A DNA stretch of 64,000 nt from a virus. Its lineage: Duplodnaviria > Caudoviricetes. Below are positions 39,677-49,164 of this stretch, one piece after another. Under the pieces are notes generated by a model. It made no database searches. It saw only the letters and a program-made list of their open reading frames with translations, and was not told the DNA's origin. The stretch spans positions 25,746 through 89,745 of IMG/VR virus record IMGVR_UViG_3300021399_000132; one strand, given 5' to 3'. The translations under genes were made by a program, and so were the position numbers. Numbering within the stretch: position 1 is the first letter of the stretch; the number at the start of each line of letters is the position of its first letter.

Positions 39677-39856
39677 TTAAAGCCTCCTTTTATCCTCTGA
39701 ACTTCTGTAAGTAAACGACAACCACGCAAGCGGATTTTCTTTAAGTAAACTTTCTGAAGACTCCCCTTTGTCGTCCCATCTGATCACTGTTTTTGTTTTT
39801 TCAGAAACCTGCTTGCTCAGATATTTGAATGGGTCAATCGGTAACTCCTTTGTCAT
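39677..39856 (-). CDS. 59-aa hypothetical peptide (not in ORF track)
   Basis: Open frame MTKELPIDPF...SEDKRRL; its stop lies inside the repeated 11-mer. Confidence 0.4.
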   Translation of the reverse strand: MTKELPIDPFKYLSKQVSEKTKTVIRWDDKGESSESLLKENPLAWLSFTYRSSEDKRRL

Positions 39857-39870
39857 AATAATTTTCCAAA

Positions 39871-41736
39871 TTAATATACGCTCTCAAGCCAATTCATGAT
39901 TTTGTGATTCATGATTTTATAGGTAACATCTTTGGGATGTAGATACAATCCACTTCCAGTACTTTGCTCATGCAGCATAGATGCATAATTTCTAAAATTG
40001 ATAATACTATTTTTCCGCATATCGTATACAGGGACATTATACTGAGCACCAATTGCTACAAGGGCATCGCAAAAATCACCAAGAGTATTTCCGGCGCTAT
40101 TTTCAACTTCTGTATATGCATTTCCAACGCCACCAGACGATTGGTAGTTGCGGAATGTAGGTGTTACAATGGCAACCTCAACATCTGGGTTTTGGGTGAA
40201 GATGTTGTCAAGCACGTATTTTACGGATGCACAGAATCCGGCACCATCAGCATCACTTGGCGCGTCTGTTGGATTGCCGACAGCCAAATTAGCCCCATAA
40301 TCATTTGTGCCACTAAAAAGCAAAATAAAATCAAATCCGCTAACATCTGTTTGAGGGATCATAACCGCTAAGTCGGAAGTGCGTGTCCCCCTTCGGCACC
40401 ACCCTGATCCGCCGACAGCGTAATTAGTCACATCAATACCCCACCTTGGTGGAATGAGGTCTTGCATCAGATACTGAGTTTTATTGCCGTCAGTTGTTTG
40501 ACCCTGCATGATAGAATCACCAAACATGGCCATACTCTTATAGCTACTGTTGTTTGGCTTCATATAATCGTAAAACATCAGTTGCCGCTTGCCATTTACG
40601 ATAATATCTGCCTCACTATTCAACATAAAGAATCCGTCTGGATAGAGCGTATTACTCGCCCATATACTACCCAAATAAACAGTGTTGTTCACATTCGATA
40701 AGTTAGAATAGCTGTCATAATTTGTTACAAGGATTGTATTTAAATCCGCATCGTAATAAATTGTTTGATGCTTCGTTACATCCAACCCGGATAAATCAAT
40801 GGCTGGTGTATTTTTCCTAAGAGCCCCAGACTTAAGCGTAAACGAATTACCAAGAGACATAGTCTTGTTAACGGTATCAATCTTAACAGGCGAATAAGTT
40901 ACAATTTCTCCGTAATTACCGAGGATTGTTCTTCTGTCATATGAAACGATAGGAAGGTAATAAGGATTTAGTGTTGGAATGCCTTTGTAAATTTTAAAAC
41001 AATTTTGAATATTTGTTCTGTCAGATTCTGTCAAATACCCACTAAACAGACGAACGTGAAGACTTAAGTACTTCACCGCAGCATTTTTTTGCCGACCAAC
41101 AGCCACAGTGTTTTTATAAATTGATGTAACTGTATTACTGTAAACTGACCCGAGATTACTACCCTCAGTGCCATCCTGATCAAGAGCAACCGGGCCACCA
41201 GCACTGACAAATGTACCGCTGTTTTCTTCATTGTCTGAATAGCCGCGAATAACAAATTTATATTTGTCTGGCATTAAATTAACAAACGTAAAAGTATCAT
41301 CGACTGAAACAGGGATTAAAGATGAACATGAAAAAGTTGAACTCTCAACAACATTTACACTTGCGCCGCTTGAACCACCACGAGTTCCAGAGTTCATCGT
41401 TACAGATATTTCGTCACCAAAAAAATGTTCGTTATTAACATTCGCAAAGCCATTGACACACGCTTTTAGACCGGAAATTTCCTCACCAGTCTTCTTTGCG
41501 TCTGCAGCTGCCCCGGTGACAGAAAGGGAGGCGTCAACTGCTGGCTGTGAAGGCTCTGTAATATTTTCGGCGAGCCATGATTCCGTTGCATCAACGACAG
41601 CATCCCCAAGAGCCTGAGGGTTGTTGTCCAGATAATCGACAACTTCATCATGAAGCGATCCATTCGCGATTATGGCCGAGCTCACCATCCGGCCGTTTGA
41701 GTCTCGGAACTGAACGTTCCGTGTTGTAATTTTCAT
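39871..41736 (-). CDS. SGNH/GDSL esterase with fibre-type anchor
   Basis: Start reassigned to ATG 41736; blocks GDS, G, GTND, HP; DASLSVTGAAADAKKTG anchor. Confidence 0.85.
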   Translation of the reverse strand: MKITTRNVQFRDSNGRMVSSAIIANGSLHDEVVDYLDNNPQALGDAVVDATESWLAENITEPSQPAVDASLSVTGAAADAKKTGEEISGLKACVNGFANVNNEHFFGDEISVTMNSGTRGGSSGASVNVVESSTFSCSSLIPVSVDDTFTFVNLMPDKYKFVIRGYSDNEENSGTFVSAGGPVALDQDGTEGSNLGSVYSNTVTSIYKNTVAVGRQKNAAVKYLSLHVRLFSGYLTESDRTNIQNCFKIYKGIPTLNPYYLPIVSYDRRTILGNYGEIVTYSPVKIDTVNKTMSLGNSFTLKSGALRKNTPAIDLSGLDVTKHQTIYYDADLNTILVTNYDSYSNLSNVNNTVYLGSIWASNTLYPDGFFMLNSEADIIVNGKRQLMFYDYMKPNNSSYKSMAMFGDSIMQGQTTDGNKTQYLMQDLIPPRWGIDVTNYAVGGSGWCRRGTRTSDLAVMIPQTDVSGFDFILLFSGTNDYGANLAVGNPTDAPSDADGAGFCASVKYVLDNIFTQNPDVEVAIVTPTFRNYQSSGGVGNAYTEVENSAGNTLGDFCDALVAIGAQYNVPVYDMRKNSIINFRNYASMLHEQSTGSGLYLHPKDVTYKIMNHKIMNWLESVY

Positions 41737-41743
41737 AGCCCTC

Positions 41744-42127
41744 CTATGTTTGGTCTTTGCACCAATAATAAATCGGGATTGCGTCGCCGGAGTCGAATGT
41801 GTCATAGTAGTAGCCATCGACTACAGCGACGACATGATCTCCGGTTGCCAATAAAAAAGTCCCGCGAGGATGATCCTCGCAGAACTCGTAAACTGAATAA
41901 CAATCTGGGCACGTGTTAGGGATCGGATGGCGTGTATATCCGAGTTTGCGCATGTACGCGCCCCAGACAGCATTTGAGTTCGGCATGTCATGCATGTCGA
42001 ATCCCTCGCTTACCAATCCGATATAAGTCGTCTCCCAGCTTTGTCCGGTCACTTTACTGATACCCCTGACTGTACAATCAATGACCAGACGGTTGTCAGG
42101 ATTTGCGTTATAAAATTTAAAAGGCAT
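41744..42127 (-). CDS. hypothetical phage protein (Cys/His, peptidase-like)
   Basis: NP......DCTVR.I...HVVAVVDG.YYDTFDSG pattern. Confidence 0.65.
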   Translation of the reverse strand: MPFKFYNANPDNRLVIDCTVRGISKVTGQSWETTYIGLVSEGFDMHDMPNSNAVWGAYMRKLGYTRHPIPNTCPDCYSVYEFCEDHPRGTFLLATGDHVVAVVDGYYYDTFDSGDAIPIYYWCKDQT

Positions 42128-42684
42128 TACACTACAGCGCCCTTACGGCGCTCGTTCTTCTGATAGTCGCTGATAACGACCTCGCCGCTTTTGATAGAGG
42201 CAGGGACGTCAATGATCCGCTGGTTCGAAGAACCGCGGAAACGAAGAGTAATATCTTTCTTCTCCAGAATAAATTCGCCGTCTACCAGCACGTCGATCAG
42301 CGCGAGAATTTGTTCGGTTTCATCCGAGTAACATCTGGCGTTGACGTCGTGCAACTGCTCCCATGTATAACCGGAATAAATCCAGATCGTCTTATCGGGA
42401 AGCTCGCGGCGGAATCTCTCCAAGAAGGGGAGAAGGGCGGACTGATTCTGGGGCTCCATCGGCTCGCCGCCAAGAATGGTGATACCGTCGATAAAAGATT
42501 TGTTTGATTCAAACATCAGCATGTCTTGAATTTCTTCTGTAAAAGGTTTGCCATAATTGAACGACCAAGCAACCTCATTAAAGCATCCCTTACAATGATG
42601 TGTACAACCTGATACAAACAAAGCAGTTCTACAACCTGCACCATCCGCCATATCAAGCGATTTAATATGTGCGTAGTTCATCAT
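42127..42684 (-). CDS. nrdG: anaerobic RNR activase (radical SAM)
   Basis: LFVSGCTHHCKGC (CxxxCxxC), GGEP, RGSSNQR. Confidence 0.95.
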   Translation of the reverse strand: MMNYAHIKSLDMADGAGCRTALFVSGCTHHCKGCFNEVAWSFNYGKPFTEEIQDMLMFESNKSFIDGITILGGEPMEPQNQSALLPFLERFRRELPDKTIWIYSGYTWEQLHDVNARCYSDETEQILALIDVLVDGEFILEKKDITLRFRGSSNQRIIDVPASIKSGEVVISDYQKNERRKGAVV

Positions 42685-43331
42685 CTGTGCCAGTCATAAA
42701 TATCTTTTGAATGCTTAAAACGCATCTCGACTTCCTGCTGTTTGCCTTTATTGAAAGCAGTAGTATAGTCGCCTGTAAGATAGCCTGTTACTCTGCGCAA
42801 ACGCTGAATGCGCTTGCCATGGCAGACGGGACACTCATCATTCATTTCGTCTGTATACCCACAGTCAAGACACGTATCATTCGGGACATTGATTGCGAAG
42901 TAGGGGATGTCTTTATCCATCGCATAATTAACAATCGCCTCGAGAGCCTCAAGATTGTTCTTTGCGCTTGACTCTAATTCAACATAAGTGATACAGCCAG
43001 CAGAAGAATATCCCGTGAGCTGAGACTCAATATCAATCTTTTCGAACGGGCTCATATCGACCCAAACAGGAACATGAATGCTGTTTGTGAAGAATTCATT
43101 CTCAGAGACATTCGGGATAACACCGTATTTCTTCTTAAACTTCTGCATTGCTGTGAAGCACAGATTCTCAGCAGGTGTATAGTAGACGCCGAAGTTAAGC
43201 TTCTCTTCCTGCTTGAATTGTGCGCAGCGATCTTTGTATAGTTGTTCGATACGCTTCGCAAGTTCCATACCTTTGTCTGTAGTGTGGTCACATCCAATGA
43301 GGATCTGTAATGTCTCCGCTAGACCTAATTG
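42681..43331 (-). CDS. nrdD: class III ribonucleotide reductase, exon 3
   Basis: QLGLAE...; Zn site CLDC...CPVC; glycyl-radical loop RVTGYL. Confidence 0.93.
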   Translation of the reverse strand, partial: QLGLAETLQILIGCDHTTDKGMELAKRIEQLYKDRCAQFKQEEKLNFGVYYTPAENLCFTAMQKFKKKYGVIPNVSENEFFTNSIHVPVWVDMSPFEKIDIESQLTGYSSAGCITYVELESSAKNNLEALEAIVNYAMDKDIPYFAINVPNDTCLDCGYTDEMNDECPVCHGKRIQRLRRVTGYLTGDYTTAFNKGKQQEVEMRFKHSKDIYDWHR

Positions 43332-44591
43332 CTTACCTACCCTCGGTTTCCCGATATTTAATAAGGGGAGTAGACTATTCATTCAGGATTAGATTTTGTT
43401 TGTTATTTCGTCTAATCGGAAACTTTTCATTTGTGACCAATGACCATTGTTTGCCCTGGTTTATTCTATCAATTGTCGTCCTCGAGACAGCGAACCGCTT
43501 TGCGATTTCTTCTATACTGACATTTGTATTTTTTAACATATCCGCCACCGACAATATATCTTTATCGTCTAATTTGCGGCAGAGTCTTCTTGGGGCGTCG
43601 CTGTTCCGGTGGCTCTTTTTTCTTATCGGATACGTTTCATCGAGCACTTTACACCACGCACTTTTCCCTCTGTTAATCTGACCGACAGTATACCCCGGGA
43701 TGCCCAGCTTCTCCCCGATCTGATCTGCAGACATGTCGCTATCCTTCAGCATCTTAACGATCATTTTGACGATGTCCTCGTCGAGCACAGCTCTCTGAGC
43801 CGACGGATTTCGTAGCGGATAATTACTGTTACTGTCGCGTCTTCTCTTACCGGCGTTGATATCGCAAACGGCATAAAAATCAACGCCAACAAGCTCGGCT
43901 ATTTTGCTAAAAGAGTAATCGCTCTTCAGTAAATATTCTTTAACCAGGTCAACCTGTTCTTCAGTATATTTTGCTGTGATCCTTTCTGACCGCAACGGAT
44001 AGCGATAGCCGTCAAGCCTATATCCGCCATTACCAAGATTCGCTTCCGAGACCTGATAAATAGAGCAATCACACTTTTTACCTATCTCTTTAAACGTCAA
44101 GTCCGTGTTCAAGATTAGGTCGGCAATCTTGGAGGCTAGCATTGGATTTACTGCCCTTCGAGTACGCCCCTGACCACCAAGCGTCAAATTGTATCCATTT
44201 ACGTAACTCTTGTATTTGTCTATATAGTATATTTCTCTTTCATCAAGCAGCTCTTGTGTTTGAATGTTGTCTTCCAAAATCTTCAACTCAAAGTTATTCT
44301 CACCATACTTTTTTAACGCCCTATCAAAATATGAATCTTGGTGTAAATGATCGTAGTGACGTTTTTTTATTGGGCAAATTGTCTGACCAACATAGCATTT
44401 ACCATTCACCAAGTTTCGATATAAATATATACATCCGTTCATCCTAGAACCTCTATTTTTTTAATTTCTAATCCTGCCCCAATTGTAGTCGTTGAACCTT
44501 CTTCATTTTTTTTGATGAAGCTTGGCTGCAGATTGCCCGCGTGGGGTGTCCCTGCAATTTATGGGGTTTATAGTGAGCCAATTTGTTAAAA
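43332..44591 (-). mobile_element. group I intron nrdD-I2, 1260 nt, with GIY-YIG ORF
   Basis: GUGGGU pairs with GCUCAC; P10 AAUUG/CAAUU; P7 GACUA/UAGUC; terminal G; restores TLAVG-QLGLAE. Confidence 0.93.
43375..44442 (-). CDS. intron-encoded GIY-YIG endonuclease with four HTH repeats
   Basis: CIYLYRNLVNGKCYVGQT; stop codon lies in the P7 3' strand. Confidence 0.9.
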   Translation of the reverse strand: MNGCIYLYRNLVNGKCYVGQTICPIKKRHYDHLHQDSYFDRALKKYGENNFELKILEDNIQTQELLDEREIYYIDKYKSYVNGYNLTLGGQGRTRRAVNPMLASKIADLILNTDLTFKEIGKKCDCSIYQVSEANLGNGGYRLDGYRYPLRSERITAKYTEEQVDLVKEYLLKSDYSFSKIAELVGVDFYAVCDINAGKRRRDSNSNYPLRNPSAQRAVLDEDIVKMIVKMLKDSDMSADQIGEKLGIPGYTVGQINRGKSAWCKVLDETYPIRKKSHRNSDAPRRLCRKLDDKDILSVADMLKNTNVSIEEIAKRFAVSRTTIDRINQGKQWSLVTNEKFPIRRNNKQNLILNE

Positions 44592-45240
44592 ACCCACTGC
44601 GAGCGTGCCGTGTTTGAGCGCGCTACGAATACCTTCTTCTGGGTGATAACCCATCATTGTACCGTTTTCATACATGAACTTTGCGGAATCGGGTGACTGC
44701 CCGGCAATCCAGTTGAAACGCTCAATGAGCATGTCTCTGGCCTCGAACAGTTTCTTGTCCAGAATCGCCATAAACTCTTCGACGATATCTGTGCCATTCT
44801 CCTCTGCCTTTTCCTTCGCATCCATGGCAAGGAAGGGGAGGAGGATTGTGACAGGGGCGATATTACCTCTGCCATCCTTTGTCTGAGGGTTAACCCCAGG
44901 CTCGTGGTTAATGTCATACCCGTTTGCTGTACGGCAGCCCATGGTGCTGAAGTAAGTCGATGGATCGTTTGGATCATATCCAGCGTTGCCAGACCAATCT
45001 ACGTTTGCATAGTTCGGATAGAGACGCTGCGCAGTAGACTTAAGAGCAAGCTGGAACAGATCGTAGTTCGGATCGCCAGGCTTACGGTTGACACCCTTCA
45101 TGCACTGGAAGATGCCGCATGGGAAGATTGATGTTTTATGAAGTCTTCCAAGACCTTCAATGGAGACTTTAAGGATCTCCTCGGTTACCATGCGTCCCTC
45201 GGCAAGGGTGCAGGTGCCGTAGTTAATAGATGTAAAGGGT
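44592..45240 (-). CDS. nrdD: class III ribonucleotide reductase, exon 2
   Basis: PFTSINYG...MGCRT (catalytic Cys loop)...KHGTLAVG. Confidence 0.93.
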
Positions 45241-45521
45241 CATACATCATGTTATCGTGCGAGCTTTTTATCTCGCACATCTTGTAATTTCTTACAAGTT
45301 CAGCGTACGTTTTCACCTTCGTCATTACACGTTAAGGGCGGACACTCTTGGGCGGATTATATTTATTCACCGCCTACGCGTTACGATACTAAACAGCCTT
45401 TCGCGATCTGTTTAGTTATCTCGGCGTTACCATACTTTATGGGTAACAATAAAGTTTAGGGTTCGCCGATTTTGCCCGGATTTCGCTAACGATTTCGCGT
45501 TAGCCAGCCACCCTGTAATTT
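45241..45521 (-). mobile_element. group I intron nrdD-I1, ORF-less, 281 nt
   Basis: UCAGCU pairs with GGCUGG; P10 AGGGU/ACCCU; P7 GCGUA/UACGC; terminal G; restores SGNQL-PFTSINYG. Confidence 0.93.
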
Positions 45522-46459
45522 AGCTGATTTCCACTTCTACTCTGTAAGGTATTCAGGTTGTGATACATTCCCTCAACACCCTGATGAATCTCTTTGCGGG
45601 TCTGATCAATCGCATACTGATAAGCCCTTGGATATTTAAAATAAACCTCGTCTTCAATGGTAACCTTCGTCGGGTCTTCAAGTTCAAAATGCGCATCGTT
45701 CTGTGCGAGATACCTTACACCATCCTTGTAATGTTTATAGAAACTTTTCCGGACATACGGAACCATCGTCCAATCAATGTGGCTGGCAGACACACCGCCA
45801 AACTGCTGGAGAGACTGCAACTGGAAAATAACAGCAACCAGTTGGAATGCAGTATTAACCGAATTGGCGGGACGAACATCTGTCTGTCGCGTGTTAAATC
45901 CTTCGGCAAGCAATTTGTCGAACGGAATAGTCAGACAGTTATGGTTCCCGACTGCGTACGAATCCAAATCATGAATATAAATGTAATTGTCGAGATGGTT
46001 GTTACGAGCCATCTCTGACATACAGTTGTCGAGTGCGAATTTCTTTGTAAGGGCGCGATTTGCTTCGCCCATTCGACCACCAAATGATCGTTCATCAACA
46101 TTAGCGTTCTGGTTCTGTACATCACTCGCATCAAGCTTTCTAGCAACCTCACGCATGAACGCAGTATTATATTCGCGGACTCTTGTTCGCTCATAGCGAT
46201 ACTTAATGTAAGCCTTAGCCACGTCCTTACGCTTGCAAGACATCAGTCCATGTTCAACCAAGTCCTGAATCTCTTCTACATCAAACTCATGATCTGCCTT
46301 CTTGACAGCATCTTCAATATAGTTTGCGATGTTCTCGGCTTTAGTCTGTGCATATTCTGTTACTTCGCCGTCAACATCCTTGAACGCAGCCAAAACTGCA
46401 TTGACAATTTTGGTCTTGTCGAATTCGCGCTTCGCGCCATCCCGTTTTAAAATTCGCAT
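45522..46459 (-). CDS. nrdD: class III ribonucleotide reductase, exon 1 (ATP cone)
   Basis: ILKRDG...FDKTKI ATP cone; IYIHDLD; spliced protein 745 aa. Confidence 0.95.
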
Positions 46460-46499
46460 TTCGTACCTCCTAATTAATCAAATATGTCTAGGTAATTAA

Positions 46500-46529
46500 A
46501 AAAAGAGCGTGCCATCATTGACACGCTCG
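46500..46529 (-). terminator. intrinsic terminator
   Basis: GAGCGTG...CACGCTC followed by a T-run on the - strand. Confidence 0.75.
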
Positions 46530-46532
46530 AAG

Positions 46533-46799
46533 TTAGTCTTCGGTTTTCCTTTTACGCTGTTTTACTGTTTTCTTTTTTGGTGCTTCCACACTTGTGGCAG
46601 GCTGTACCTCAGCGGATTCAGCCTTGGACGGCTCTTCTACGAGCTCGCCTCTTGAAATAGCGATCCTTCTAAAGTATTCGTTGCCACACTCCGGGGAGCA
46701 GGCGACGTCCTGCCACCTAAACAAACCCGAAGGTCTGTTAGTATGGCAGTATTCATACTCCTTACCACAGACCTTGCAGGTTTTAATTACTTTTGCCAC
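46533..46799 (-). CDS. small zinc-finger hypothetical protein
   Basis: CKVCGK.Y.YC...CSPEC. Confidence 0.7.
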   Translation of the reverse strand: MAKVIKTCKVCGKEYEYCHTNRPSGLFRWQDVACSPECGNEYFRRIAISRGELVEEPSKAESAEVQPATSVEAPKKKTVKQRKRKTED

Positions 46800-46805
46800 C
46801 GAATA

Positions 46806-47588
46806 TTATTCAGCGTCTTCAGTGTTTTCACCGAAGACAGTGTATGTCCACAGGACGCCTGCAACACCGCAAGCACCTGCGAGAGCTTCTGCTTCGAAGT
46901 TCTGAACAACCTGGTCATCGCCGAGATCGATTGAGTATTCGCCGTTGAAGTCAGCCTTCGGAACGAAGAACTGGATTCTGTAAACGTTAGCACATCTGTC
47001 TTCACCGATTGCATCGATGTAGAGCATTGCCTTCTTGGAATACTTATCAGATTCGTTAGCCAGAACGTCAGCAGTGATCTTTCTTTCGTAGTAAACTACG
47101 ATTTCTGTGCCATCTGCCAGACCGGTGAATGTCAGCTGCTTTGTTGCCGGAGCATAAGCAAACTTGCCAGCAGCAGCTGTATCAGCCTGCTCGAGAGCAT
47201 CGCCGAGAGTACCGTCAGCGTTTCTTACATACAGACCCTTGATTTCAGCGCCGGTTGTTCCGACTGCCTTGTATGTAGTTGTGGCCTTGTTGCTTGCAAC
47301 TGAGACATAGTCTGTCCACATGACATTTGTTGCCTTGTTCTCGAACTTACCACCAGACTGGAGTTCCATCAGGCCGCCAGAAAGCAGACCGTTAGCGCCA
47401 CTGATTGTAACGCCCTTATTTCTCTTCAGGGAGCTCAGCTTACGTCCCTGCTTACCAGTGATATCAACTTTCTCTTCAGTATTTGCAATGGAAGCGTTCT
47501 GCAGTTCATCAAGCGTGAAGAGATAATTTCCTGATGCAGGATCAAAAGCTGTGATTGTCTCAAGAGAGGTAATGATGAGATCTTTCAT
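46806..47588 (-). CDS. major tail (tube) protein
   Basis: 260 aa, beta-rich, after neck/terminator genes. Confidence 0.65.
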   Translation of the reverse strand: MKDLIITSLETITAFDPASGNYLFTLDELQNASIANTEEKVDITGKQGRKLSSLKRNKGVTISGANGLLSGGLMELQSGGKFENKATNVMWTDYVSVASNKATTTYKAVGTTGAEIKGLYVRNADGTLGDALEQADTAAAGKFAYAPATKQLTFTGLADGTEIVVYYERKITADVLANESDKYSKKAMLYIDAIGEDRCANVYRIQFFVPKADFNGEYSIDLGDDQVVQNFEAEALAGACGVAGVLWTYTVFGENTEDAE

Positions 47589-47602
47589 TAAGTTTCATCC
47601 TC

Positions 47603-48331
47603 CTATTTTTGTTTTTCACTTGGGCCGATCCATTTGAGATCATCTGGGTCGACCTTCGATGCATCAACCGTGCCGGCATATACGCCGATCATACGGTTGT
47701 CGAAATCAATCTTGCGAATAATTTGTCGAACACTTTCATTGAACTGATAAATCGACAGACCTAACGTGCTGTCGAAATCATACTTATATTGTTCAGTGTT
47801 GACCATCGCGATAATCATAGACTCGAGAGCCGAGTCCTGATGCCTGTTGCGTCGACGCTTCTGTTTGATGCGTGCACGTTCAAGCATATATTCTCTTGCG
47901 GCTTCGTTGCCGGGCCGCTTAATATTTTTTTCAAGGTGGTGTATTTTACGTAGCGCCGCTTGAATCTGACCGTGGATGGCACGGTCGATTATTATATCGT
48001 TAACAGGATCAACCAAGACTGGAAGGCCATTCTTCTCATTAATCATCTTGGTGAAATGCTCCAAGCTTAAGTCTTTAAAAATCAACGAAGTGTCCTGATT
48101 CTGAATGACAGGGAAGAGGAGCAAGAACAGGTCGTAAGCGTTCATGTTTGAAAAGTCTAACCCCATATCATCCAGAAGAACCATATAGTCAATCGGCATA
48201 GCCGTTAACATGGATACAAGTCCGTAATAACCATCCTCGTCGCTTAAGATGTCACGGATCGTAGGAACCACAATGCTGATCTTGTCGTTGATCGGCAACG
48301 TATCGGCGTACAATAAATTACGAGTCGGCAT
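47603..48331 (-). CDS. hypothetical virion-module protein
   Basis: Start reassigned to ATG 48331. Confidence 0.65.
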   Translation of the reverse strand: MPTRNLLYADTLPINDKISIVVPTIRDILSDEDGYYGLVSMLTAMPIDYMVLLDDMGLDFSNMNAYDLFLLLFPVIQNQDTSLIFKDLSLEHFTKMINEKNGLPVLVDPVNDIIIDRAIHGQIQAALRKIHHLEKNIKRPGNEAAREYMLERARIKQKRRRNRHQDSALESMIIAMVNTEQYKYDFDSTLGLSIYQFNESVRQIIRKIDFDNRMIGVYAGTVDASKVDPDDLKWIGPSEKQK

Positions 48332-48833
48332 AAACTGACTCTTTTCTGTTCGTCGGAATAGGCCGCTTTGGATCGCGGAATTTGTTGACCTCACTTGTAT
48401 GGAAGATCAACATCTTTCCAATATGATCGGTCTGCGGTGCGAACCTTTTGCAACCATAAATCTCGAGAGGGCCGAGGCCGTAGAATCTACTGCCGTTAAT
48501 CTTCTCGCAGATCTTATTGCATAAAGCATCAACCCGGACACCACCCTCGGGCAGACGCATTTGCGATCTATGCGCAAAAACCCAGATGTATAAGACAGGA
48601 GTGAGGAATGTCTTATTTGCCGCGGCGTAAATATCTACGTCACAACAAATATAAGTGAGACCTCGCTCGGTTGTATCTGGAACGTATTCGTATGGAAAGA
48701 CCTGCGTATACGCAAGTGACTTACCATCTTCAACGGAAACAGAATCGTTGATCAAATGAACGATCTCACTATCTGTAAGTAGATCCTTCATGAGCCGATT
48801 CTTATAATCGAAGTAATCTGCAAGCTGTGCCAT
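48318..48833 (-). CDS. putative tail terminator / completion protein
   Basis: Start reassigned to ATG 48833; synteny only. Confidence 0.5.
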   Translation of the reverse strand: MAQLADYFDYKNRLMKDLLTDSEIVHLINDSVSVEDGKSLAYTQVFPYEYVPDTTERGLTYICCDVDIYAAANKTFLTPVLYIWVFAHRSQMRLPEGGVRVDALCNKICEKINGSRFYGLGPLEIYGCKRFAPQTDHIGKMLIFHTSEVNKFRDPKRPIPTNRKESVYADS

Positions 48834-49164
48834 TACAACCACACTCCTTCCGCCGGGGTAACCGGAGTTTCTTTGGGGAAGTACTTATAATAATCAGCAA
48901 TCATGAGATCCTGATTATCATCTTTGGTTGTTTGCACTTCCTGTAAGACCCACTTAAATGCGCCTTCTCCGGCATAAATGCCGTTGAACTTAAGTGGCTT
49001 CGATAATGTATATGCTAACTTAACTGGAGACGCTGGGTCGTCAATCAAAAATCTTGTTGTACGACCAAGGCATGATGTTTCATCGTTCTTTGCAATTGTA
49101 ATTGCAATACGCGAGTCACCACGGCTGACCGCAAAGTTACGATCTTCAAATTCGCCGGTAAGAT
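48833..49164 (-). CDS. putative head-closure/neck protein, exon 2
   Basis: (Y)LTGEFEDRNFAVSRGDSRIAITI; spliced protein 258 aa. Confidence 0.8.

Noticed and set aside
46460-46500. NrdR box upstream of nrdD
   Set aside because: No convincing match to the palindromic consensus
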